Shown one piece after another: positions 27,001-37,474 of a DNA stretch of 64,000 bases. Source of the DNA: Vicugna vicugna (taxonomy: Eukaryota); contig MU058337.1 in NCBI GenBank assembly GCA_013265495.1, forward strand, positions 5,872,716 through 5,936,715. Reading direction: 5' to 3'. The notes below the pieces were generated by a model. That model did no database searches, was not told the DNA's origin, and saw nothing but the letters and a program-made list of their open reading frames with translations. Position numbers and translations under genes: made by a program. Within the stretch, counting starts at the first letter, position 1, and each line of letters begins with the position of its first letter.

Positions 27001-29639
27001 ACTGACTACCATTACTACCAACAAACGCTCAGTTTTATGTATACTTATTGGAAAAAAAAGGAATGTCTGATCTTAATCAAAGAGCTATGCCCTATGGGCT
27101 ATACTTTATCTACTGTTACAAACAGTTTTTGTATCAGAAGAGAAAAGGTAAAGCTAACAGATGTATACTTTTCTCTGCCAGCACATCAGCCTCTGCTTCG
27201 CTCATCTCAGCACTTCCCGTGGACTCACGATACCAGTTTGTCTGTGTTTACCTGCAGCCGGTGTGTTATTTAAGGGCAGAGACCAAGTCACATTCACCTG
27301 GCACACTTCTTAGCACGTAGTGGAGCAGGCAGTCCATGGTTTCTTTTAAATTTTTGTTCAAAATGCATCACACAATGGGATATTGATAACTGCACTTTCA
27401 AATTATATTCAACATGCCAATTTCAAAAGACTAGAAAGTAAACTTAAAATTCTAAAGGTTTATGCTTAGGTTGGTTACATGATACACAGAACACATTATC
27501 ACAAAAATGATATTCAAGATTAAGACTGCATTTAGAGCTTATTTCATAAAATCTTACTTTCCCCACATTGTGGCTGAAATTTTGAATATTGGGGAGAAAT
27601 GCAGGAATGAGATGCTATAGATTAACTTTTTTTCTTAGCATTATAAAATGTATCAAAAGAACAGAGAGGCTTCATCAACCCTCCACAACATGTCCAGCCT
27701 GTGGCCACGACCTGCTTTGTGGCTGGACAGAAAAGGGGTCAGGAATAAGGAAAGCTTGACCCAGGGGGAATGGAGCCCTCAGTGTACAGGAAGAAAGTGG
27801 CCACTGATGAGGGCTCTGGGGTTCTGTGCCAGACACGTCTCAGCTCCCCCTTTTCCCCATTCAAGGAAACTGGGACCAGTGCATCTTGGGTTAGGCAGGG
27901 CAAGTCCCAGGGGTAATTCGGTTAGGTGTCCTATTAAGGGGTGAGCACACACGGAAAGGCTAAGCCAGCAGGACTCCTGGTGGCTGCGAAGGCAGGCTGG
28001 GACACGAGACTAGCGTGCAAGAAACCCAATAAGCCGTCTTGTCACTCCTGAAACCCCACTGATACAGAGAAAGAGATGGGACAGAGAAGGGAGAAAAAGG
28101 CAAATGAAGATTAGCAACAAGTCAGACGTGTAAATATAGGGACTGTTCATGGATGTATAAGGTATGGAAGACCACAGAAGTTCTCTGGATGTTTATTTTT
28201 GGCAGATAATAATAACCAAAAATGCATGGCTTAATTTACTTCTCAAAAGGGTACTGGTAAAGAAAAGCAATAACAAACCTGGTTCTTTTCATTTTCCAAT
28301 TATTTAGATTTTAAACAAATGGGAGTTTATTCTATTAAAGTTCAATATCCATAAGTGAGTTCTCAGAAGAAGCAGAACTTTTGATGGTGGTTACATATCT
28401 AGAAATATGAATGATGCAGATTTTGGGTCCTATGATATCAGATGACATGACAGAGCCAAAGCTTCAGCTCTTGCTAATTAAACGAATCAATTAAGAGACT
28501 ACAGTTGCAACTGTGTAGCTGCTGTTCTATAGTAGCAGTAACAACCCCACGGGGAGGTCTTTTACTGCATTAAAATGCTGTCCTCCACAACTCCATCTGA
28601 TATTATTAGAACCAGTTATTTGTGTCTTGCTGTCATATTAGTAGCAAAGGCAAATTATGGAAATATGCAGACCAGAATGGTCCCAGTATGAGATCAGGTT
28701 GGGTTTTCAGCCTCCAAGGGAACAATTGCTGAAATTCCAAAGTTCCCTAAAGTTCTTTAATGGAACTGATAAATCTATCAGCACAGCATCCATTTGGAAA
28801 CTAGGTAAGGGTCACATATTTACATACTTTCCTGCTAAGCTGATACAATTCAACTAGATGAATTATCATATTAAGTTTACCCTCCTGAGTTAAACTGATG
28901 GAGTTCAAAATTGTTTTCGATGGTTGTCATTAATCGCTGTTACTTCGTAAATGCTTACTTTGAAATCTAATTGTGCTAGTGTACCAAGGGTCATATTAAT
29001 ACCATTTTTAATGGTAAATCTTTGTAAAACATGTTTATTTTACTGATATTATCACTCAAGCTTTCAAGGCTAATAAGAAATAAAGTATATTTATTATCAA
29101 TAAAAACTTAATTTAAAATGTACAATTTGAGGTCCAAATTAGCTTTAAGAACTTCAGCATGATTTGGTTTCATTAAGATCTCTGGCTAAGCTTCAAAGAC
29201 ATGTAATTTGATAGTTCCTCAAGAGTCCTTGGGTAAATGCCAACAGCACGGCTATGAAGAAGCTACGCAGTGCAGTCTACACTTCTTCTCTCTTTCGGGT
29301 AATGTGCATTGTTTTCACAAGAAAAATAAATCAGTATTATTGAGATATGTTTGTCTCAGTATTACAGTGCTTTAAAAATACTGGTACTTTAAAAATTAAA
29401 TATAAACAATGATTGCAATACAAAAATTTGGAACAAAATAGTAACTTCTGCATTCTTAAGGTAGTGACAAAATATGCATCCTTATCGTGAAGCCCAGTCT
29501 AAGCAAGGAATTCTCGTTATGTAAAACACCTCTTTCATTTCTTTGTGAGCTTATACTATCTGATATATACAAATTCACAGCTTCACCAAAAACAGGTAAA
29601 CAAAATACACAAACAAAATGTAATAAAAATATAATCTAA

Positions 29640-30660
29640 GTAAATATGGGCCAAGGACCTAAACAGACATTTTTCCAAAGAAAATGTAAGACGGCCAGCA
29701 GCTACATGAAAAGGTGTTCAACACCACTAATCATCAGGGACACACAAATCAAAACCACAAGGAGATACCACTTCACACCTGTCAGAATGGCCATCAGAAA
29801 GAACGCAAGTAACAAAAGTTGGCGAGTATGGGGAAGCCTCGTCCACTGTTGGTGGGAATGGAAATTGGTACGGCCACTATGGAAAACAGCATGGAGGTTT
29901 CCCAAACGACTAAAACTAGAACTATCATATGGCTAAGCAATTCCACTCTTGGGTATGCAGGAAAAATCCACTAATTAAAAAACATACATGCACCCCAATG
30001 TTCACAGCAGCATTATTTACAATTCCAAAGATATGGAAGCAACCTAAGTATCCATGAATAGATGAATGGAAAAAGAAGATGTGGTGTATATACACACACA
30101 CACACACACACATATACATACACGTACACAGTGGAGCACTTCTCAGCCATAAAAAGAATAACATTTTGCCATTTCCAGCAACATGAATGGACCTGAAGGC
30201 CATTACACTAAGTGAAATAAGTCAGAGAAAGACAAATACTGTATGATATCACTTATATGTGGAATCTAAAAAATACAATAAACTAGTGAGTAAAACAAAA
30301 AAAAGCAGACTCACAGATAAAGAGAACAAACTAGTGGTTATCAGTGGGGATGAGCAATACAGGGGCAGGAATAAAGAGTTATGGGATTATACGAAATCAT
30401 CTGTGCCAAACTTTTGGAAACTGTAAAGCACTCTATTATAGAATTTTTAAAAAATTTTTTGGTGAGGGAAGTAATTAGGTTTATTTGTACTTATGTATGT
30501 ATGTATGTATGGTATGTATGTATGTATTTATTTATTTATAATGGAGGTACTGGGGATTGAACCCAGGACCTTGTACATGCTAAGCACACACTCTATCACT
30601 GAGCTATACCCTCCCTATCAAGCACTATTGAATTTAAACAATCATTCATTTAATTAAAGT
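29640..30660 (+). mobile_element. L1 ORF2 C-terminus and 3'UTR (relatively young), containing a (CA)n tract and a SINE insertion
   Basis: ORF 29646 translates MKRCSTPLIIRDTQIKTTRRYHFTPVRMA...LVHCWWEWKLVRPLWKTAWRF, the L1 ORF2 cysteine-rich tail. Confidence 0.95.
30450..30615 (-). mobile_element. tRNA-derived SINE (camelid type)
   Basis: Reverse complement reads GGGAGGGTATAGCTCAGTGATAGAGTGTGTGCTTAGCATGTACAAGGTCCTGGGTTCAATCCCCAGTACCTCC, then AAAT/ACAT repeats and AAACCTAATTAC. Confidence 0.9.
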
Positions 30661-31522
30661 GGTCATTCTAATAGACAATGAGTGTTCTAAAGAGCTAAGA
30701 AACAATTGGCAACATGTATACTAAACTATAAAATTATTCATGGTTTTGACTCTATTTAGGAGGAAACATACCTCATACATTTTTGAAAACATCTTATACA
30801 TGTTTAAAAATAATTCAAACTATCAAAAAAGCAAAATACATGAAGTTGTTCATTAAAACACCATTTGTAGTGGGAAAAAATTAGGAATAACTTAAATACC
30901 TAATGGTTGGGAGTCATGGATAAGTAAAATATATCTACTCACCAGAATGCTAAATACAGTTCCATTAAAATGATTCTTATAAATATGCATATTAAGTATA
31001 ATTATGGGAAATGATTAATAGGATCTTAGGTGAAAAAAACCAAGACACAAAATTTTGATTCAATTTCACTAGAAATGTGGATTCATAAAAAAAAATAAAA
31101 AAAATAAAAATAAGAAAAAAATGTGGATTCAAAAGGACCTACTAGAACGTAATGGAAGGAAAAGTGAGAAAAAAAACCCAACCCCCCCAACCCCACAGAC
31201 CACCAAGGTCACTATTTTCAAAAGCATTTTATATAAAATAGTCTTATTTTTATTAAAAATGGGAGAAAAAGCACTTAAAATACTCAATAAACTGCAAATA
31301 ATTTTTAAAGCTATTTTCTCTCTAATAAGAAACAGCTAAAATTATTCTATCATGGAAACTTTCCCCACACAGTAAAGATCCCATTTCTTATACAATGGTA
31401 TCTCATTTAATAGAAAAATAAAACTGTGGTGAAGTCAAGTTCAAATCGTGGGGTAAAACTAGTTAACTTTTTCTCTCTGTAAATTAAGAGAATATACAAA
31501 ATAATAATTCTTTCATACTTAC

Positions 31523-31576
31523 CACTGTACCAAGAAACTGAATGCTCATGTTGCCACCAGCTTCTCGAGAAAGACA
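31523..31576 (-). CDS. PCCA: PCCA internal coding exon, 54 bp, phase 0/0 (equivalent to human exon 21 by recall)
   Basis: Minus strand reads tctctttttttcccccag|TGT CTT TCT CGA...GGT ACA GTG|gtaagta and encodes CLSREAGGNMSIQFLGTV, the direct continuation of the preceding exon in PCCA. This peptide does not appear in the ORF track. Confidence 0.96.
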
Positions 31577-31609
31577 CTGGGGGAAAAAAAGAGACATAAA
31601 AAGAATTTT

Positions 31610-31860
31610 CACCACATAAACACATGTACATGAATGTTCATAGCAGCATTATTCCTAATAGCCAAAAAACCCACATGCCCATCAATTGATAAAGGGATGA
31701 ACAAAATATGGTATATTCATACAGTGGAATATTATTTGGCCATAAAAAGGAATGGAGTACTGATATATGCTACAACAGGAGTCAGTCACAAAGGACAACA
31801 TATTAAATGATTCCATTTAACATGAAATGTCCAGAACAGGCAAATCCATAGAGACAGGAA
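31610..31860 (+). mobile_element. L1MB-like 3' fragment between the PCCA exon and the MRPL47 pseudogene
   Basis: catgaatgttcatagcagcattattcctaatagccaaaaa...gaaatgtccagaacaggcaaatccatagagacag. Confidence 0.9.
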
Positions 31861-32850
31861 GTGACTGGTGCAGTTTGGCTGTTCTCTGCAGAAGACTCTC
31901 AGCTCCCCAGAAGGCTTCCAGGTCATCAGTAACTCCTCAGGCCCCAGCTAGCACAGACTGCAGTTTTTTCTTAGACTGTCGCTTAAGAATACACCAAAGG
32001 TCACATCTTTTCATCAGCATAGATTACTTTATATCACTTTGTCAAGGAAAGGATGAGAAGAATTTTTGATGAGCCAAAGAAAGGGGGGAAGAAAAACTGA
32101 AACTTGGGAGCTTCATGGACCTGTCAGCAATTAAGGAACCTAAGTAATGGAGGGATACATAAACTGTGGTGTGTCCTACCAAAAAAAATAAAAACACACA
32201 TGCTCCTAACTATAGAATGGAAGGCCAAGTGACAGAGACTGCCAGTGCCAAGTCCAGAACAGTTAGGAAAAGGACTAGCTAGATTCCATGAATGCATTAA
32301 AGTTGTCCAGGAAAAAGAAGATGCCCTAAGGCTCCTTCAGACCACTCAAGAAAAAGCCAGACCTGGTGCTTGGATAAAAGACATCTTAGGAAGAATCATC
32401 AGGCATGAGTTCGAGACGGCCTCTATCTTGGCACGTAAGGAACAGCTACAATAGGAAATGACCCTTTGTAGCGCCCTGTGTGAAACATTTTGTCAGACTG
32501 AGACTTGAAAAGCAAGTCTTCACTAAGCGTGGAAGAAAAGTGTAGAGTAAAATTTCTTCAAAAAGTTCCCACATCTTTCTGAAGCCTAGAAGTTAAAGCC
32601 TTGTCTAGTATGTCTAAGCTCTTAATTTACCATTTTGTTTTTCTTAGATAACAGTTTATATACAAAAGTAAATATATGTTGAGGTTTATAACAAATTTGT
32701 GCTTTCAGTCAAATAATAATTTACTTATCAATTAGTCTAAGTGTTAATATGCCATGCTAATTCTGGAGGTAGTGAGGCTTCTATGAAACCTTCCCAAAAA
32801 ATCAGGTATAAAGTACATTATTAAATTCCCATTTTATTAGAAAGGATTAA
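31861..32850 (+). pseudogene. MRPL47: Processed pseudogene of mitochondrial ribosomal protein L47 (CDS remnant about 31861-32608 plus probable 3'UTR)
   Basis: Across frames it reads LAVLCRRLS..KASRSSVTPQAPA / [26 protein letters not shown] / [21 protein letters not shown] / [21 protein letters not shown] / [34 protein letters not shown] / KKFPHLSEA*...SLV*. This is colinear with recalled MRPL47 and has no introns. Stops occur at 32054-32056 and 32230-32232, with frameshifts; ATTAAA at 32820-32825. Confidence 0.93.
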
Positions 32851-32988
32851 GAAAAAGGGAAGGGAAAGGAAGGGAAGGGATAGGAAAGGGAAGGGAAGGG
32901 AAGGGAAAGGGAAGGGAAGGGAAGGGAAGGGAAGGGAAGGGAAGGGAAGGGAAGGGAAGGAAAGGAAAGGAAAGGAAAGGAAAGGAAG
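32851..32988 (+). repeat. (GGGAA)n/(GGAAA)n purine microsatellite
   Basis: Directly visible pentamer tandem repeat, nearly pure purine on the + strand. Confidence 0.98.
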
Positions 32989-32999
32989 TCTACATACAC

Positions 33000-34090
33000 C
33001 ATTTCCCACTCAAAGAAACCAAGGCTTCTTGGAAAAGTAGCTGAACCCAGGTCTGAGGCAGAAATGAGGCTGCTATATCTTATCATATCAAAAAGCAAGG
33101 GAGCTATCAAAGACTCAGGAACCAACTTGAACAAACTGCCCCTGGCCCAAAGATGGGATCATCTGACCATCAGTAAGGATGTTCTGCAATGGAATAAAAC
33201 GTATCAAGGATATTTAAACCCATGTGTTCAAAATGGATACCAGCGGGGGAGGGTATAGCTCAGTGGTACAGTGTGTGCGTAGCATGTATGAGGTCCTGAG
33301 TTCAACCCCCAGTACCTCCATTAAATAAATAAACCTAATTCCTAACTACCTCCCCCGGCAAACAACAACAAACAAAAAAGGACTGCTTTAAAAAAAAGGA
33401 TACCAAGAACAAAACCAGTATTAATTTAATCACTTTCAAATAATGATAGGGAACCAACTCTTTATTTTGAGAACAGGTAAGTTAAAGGATCAAGCATTGA
33501 GCTTGTCTTTCCTAGGTAAATACCTAAGAAGCAGTTGAGGTGGAGTTTTTCATTAAAGAATTATTCTAGGTAATAAATGAAGAAAGAATGGCAAAATTAA
33601 TTTAAGTACCCTTCATGACTTTTTCATGGCTTGACAGCTCATTTCTTTTTAACACTGAATAATATTCCATTGTCTGAATGTTCCAAAAGTTTATAAGTCC
33701 ATTAACTTACTAAAGGACATTTTGTTTGTTTCCAAGTTCTTGCAGTTATGAATAAAGCTGCTATACTTTTTTAAATGGCAAAACTAGAGTATCATCATTT
33801 TATAAACCTTAATGAATTTTTTGACCTAAGCCTGAGCATCAACAGAGGAAGACCGCAGAGTACGTGCCTCTTAGGAGGTACACCACAAGACTCATGCTCC
33901 AGTCTTGCCAAAGATGATGGCACCTGAATCTGATTATACCTCTAGATCCAAGCATCAATTTATAGGAAATGGGAGAAAGAGAATGTAGTTGAACTACACC
34001 ACTAGGATGTAATCGGATGCTGAATTCTGGAATTGGAAACTCTACAGGACAAATGATTCACTTTCTTCAATAAATAAAATACAAAGAATA
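33000..34090 (+). mobile_element. Old L1MC-like 3' region with two nested insertions
   Basis: aaagcaagggagctatcaaagact...cccctggcccaaagatggga...acctgaatctgat...gaaactctacaggacaaatga. Confidence 0.65.
33245..33397 (+). mobile_element. tRNA-derived SINE (camelid type)
   Basis: ggggagggtatagctcagtggtacag...gagttcaacccccagtacctcc with A/B boxes and an A-rich tail; ggatacca repeated on both flanks (33235-33242, 33398-33405). Confidence 0.92.
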
Positions 34091-35069
34091 AAAACACTTC
34101 CCATAGACATTTCTCGTAAGCTATCCCATTTCTTCTCCTTTTAAAGCAAGACACCTTGAAAAGTTGTCTATCTTCATGGTCTCTAATGCATCCTCACTTT
34201 CCATTCTCCTTTAAATTCACAACCATCTGGCTACTGTCCCCACTAATTTTCTATAATCACTCTCGTCAAGGTCAGTAAATTTCCATCTCGCCATACCTAG
34301 TGGTCAGCTCTGTCCTTACCTTACTCATCTGCACTATAAACAGTTGATGATTCCCTTTCTCAAACACTGTAACTTCAAGGATATCTCATGCTCCAGGTTT
34401 TCCCCCTACCTCCTTGGCAGCTCTCTCTTGGCCTCCTTTGCCAGCTTTGCCTCTTCATTCAATTTCTAACTGCTGGAATGTCCCACGACCCAGTCCGCAG
34501 CCTTCTTCTCTTTCCATCTACACTCTTCCTCTGTGTGATCTCATCCAGATCCATGCTTCTCCCTCCATCCCCTAAAACCAACTCTTAAAAAATTAACTTC
34601 ATGGAAGTATAATTCATGCATCAAAACCCCTGCATTCTATTTAAAGTACAGAATTCTATAATTTTTGACAATTGTGAAAAAAAGAAACACCAACACAATC
34701 AAGATATAGAACATTTCCATCACCTCCGAAAGATTCTTCCTACACTTTTGCAGTCCAAACCTGGTCCCCACCTCAAGGAAACCCACTGATTTGCTGTGTA
34801 ATAAATGAGTTCATTTTTCTCCTCCCAGATGGATATTTGGTTGTTTCAGCACAATTTAAGAGAATTTCCTTTTGAATTCTTTGGCACTTTTGCCAAAATT
34901 CAATTGATCATTTATATCTGGATCTATGTCTAGACTCTTTTCTGTTCTATCTACAATGTCTTGATACTGCTGTTTCATGATCTTGAAGTCAGGTTGTATA
35001 AATCCTCCAACTTTGTGTTACTTTTTAAAAACTGCTTTAGCTCTTACGATTTTCAACTAATGGAACTTT

Positions 35070-36295
35070 TCTTTTATTGTGGTTAAAAAATAACATAAAT
35101 TTTACCATTTTAACCATTTTTAAGTGTACAGTTCAGTAGCATTAAGTATACTTACATCATTATGAAACACATCTCCAGAACTTTTTCATCTTGCAGATCT
35201 GAAACTCCATACCCACTAAATGATAACTCCCTATTCCTCTCTCGTCCCAGACCCTAGTAACTACCTTTCTACTTTCTGTTTCTATGAATTCAACCACATT
35301 AGCAAGTACTTTAGATACCTCATGTAAATGGATTCAGATAATATCTGTATTTTGGGGACTGGGTTATTTCACTTAGCATAACATCTTCAAGGTTCAACCA
35401 TGTTGTAGCATGTGACAGGACTTCTTTCCTTTTTAAGGTTGAGTAATATTTCACTGTACATATATTGTATGTATATACCACATTTTGTTTATTCATCCAT
35501 CCGTCGATGGACATGTTGGCTGCTTGGCTACTGTGAACAATGCTGCCATGAACATGGGTGTGCAAATATCTCTTTGAGACCCTACTTTCAATTCCTTTGA
35601 ATATATATTTAAAAGTGGGATTTTTGGGTAATATGGTTATATTTTTTGAGGAAACTCCACACTGTTTTCCATAGAAGTTGCATCATTTTATAATTCTTCC
35701 AACAGTGCACAAGGGTTCTAGTTTCTCCATTCTCACCAACACTTGTTACTTTCTGTTTTTGATAGCAGCCATTCTAATGGGTATGAGGTGATGTCTTGTT
35801 ATGATTTTGACTTGTATTTCTCTTTTGATTAGTGATGCCAAGCATCTTTTCATGGGCTTGTTGCCCATTTGGGTATCACCATTGCAGAGATGTTTATTCA
35901 AGGCCTTTGTCCACTTTTTAATTAGGTTATTTAATTTTCTGTTGTTAAGTTGAAGGAGTTCTTTATATATTCTGGATATTAATCCCTTATCATATATATG
36001 ATTTGAAAATACTTCTCCCTTCCATAGGATGCCTTTCACACTGTTGATTGTGTCCTTTGATGCACAAAAGTTTTTAAGTTTGATGTAGTCCTACCTGTCT
36101 GTGTTTGCTTTTGTTGCCTATGATTTTGGTGTTATAGCCAAGAAATCACTGTCAAGTCCAATGTCATCAAGCTTTTTGCCTACATTGCCTTCCAGGAAAG
36201 TTTTAGGTGTTATACTTGTGTTTTTAATTCATTTTAAGTTAATTTTTGTATATGGTATAACATAAGGGCCCAATTTCAATCTTTTGTATGTGGCA
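35070..36295 (-). mobile_element. L1MA/MB ORF2 end and 3'UTR, antisense
   Basis: ORF 35746-36039 translates FSNHIYDKGLISRIYKELLQLNN...MKRCLASLIKREIQVK...HHLIPIRMA (L1 ORF2). Confidence 0.95.
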
Positions 36296-36669
36296 GTTTC
36301 ATGCTTTCAGAGAAAATCTACATGCATATGGCTACCAAACTTATGTTTTCAACTCCCATTTGTCTTCTGAGTTTAAGACTCATATAGCCAATTGTTAAAT
36401 GGATATCAACACTTGGATATCTAATGCACATATTAAATCTACCAAGTCCAAACAGAATTCTTGATTTGCCTCCCCAAACCTGCTCCTCCTCTAGCCTTCC
36501 CATCCCAGTAAATATTACCATCATTCACTTGAGTGTTCACCCTTAATTCCTGGACTTCCTTCACACCCAGTATCCAGTCCATCTGCCAGTCTTTTCTGCC
36601 TTACATCCAAAACACGTATCAAATTAGTTCACCTCTTGCCATCTCCACTGCTACCATTTTAGTCTAAGC

Positions 36670-37474
36670 CAAGGGTTGACAAATTTTTCCTGCTAAGTGC
36701 CAGATTTTGTTAGATCCTTCTCCTGATATTTGCCTTTAGCATAACATCATGTTGAAGTTTAATCACTTCCAATTGAAGGTTAAATGGAAGATCCTCAATT
36801 GTACAGTTATATGGATTTTAAAATATGGAAATTTCTTTTGATTTTGCATTGAGATTTGAAAAATATGCTGCTGGAACTATAGTCCACTTCCTGTTTTAAT
36901 CTGTTGACAGCCCAGGATATATAAAAAGCAGCCTGACATTAGTTGTGCCTCAAACATTAGTTGTTGTCATAATGACTTTAGCACAGTATGCATTCTGCAT
37001 GTAAATGCTGTTTTGTCTAGCAATTCAGGTTGAACTCATCAAAAAATATTATCAAGTCTGCAGCATAAGCTAATTTCCAAAGCCATTCACTGTTCAATGT
37101 TCCATTACAGTGGTTGAGGACAGTTCTTTTTGTTGAGAAAAATTTCAATCTTAGCCCTGAGTCAAAAAATCACAATAAACTCATAGGCCACTGAACTGCT
37201 ATGTGATAGAGAAAATCAAGGCAGTAAGTGTCTACTTACAACAAAAACCCCAAAAGCAGCCACTGACAGTTAATGAACAAATGTGGCTGTGTTCTGGCAG
37301 AACTGTATTTATGGACCTGAAATTTGAATCTCATATACTTTCCTCGTGTCATGAAACATATTCCTCTTTTAACTTTTCCAACCATTTAAAATGCAATACC
37401 TTCAAACTTTTAAAAACCACTCAACTTGTGAGTAGTGTAAAAACTGCCAGTGGGCTGGATTTGGTCAACTCCTT
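36670..37474 (-). mobile_element. MER58/Cheshire-type hAT element with an internal transposase remnant
   Basis: Degenerate TIRs caagggttgacaaa / ttggtcaactcctt; flanks gtctaagc / gtctgaac; minus-strand EWLWKLAYAADLIIFFDEFNL at 37026-37088. Confidence 0.8.

Larger units (their letters stand above)
1..31522 (-). other. PCCA: PCCA intron downstream of the 54-bp exon (runs off the window start)
   Basis: Begins at the GTAAGT donor (31517-31522). I did not find the next exon (YKV...LRSPMPG) in the window. Confidence 0.85.

Noticed and set aside
32245..32454. 69-aa ORF as a functional MRPL47-like microprotein
   Set aside because: It is a fragment of the disrupted retrocopy, starts at GTG, and contains a locally frameshifted or diverged segment.
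32821..33134. FPSLP-repeat proteins in the ORF track
   Set aside because: These are translations of the (TTCCC)n microsatellite.
33245..33320. tRNA gene
   Set aside because: The tRNA-like head has an A-rich tail, TSD-like flanks and three further diverged copies in the window; it is a SINE.
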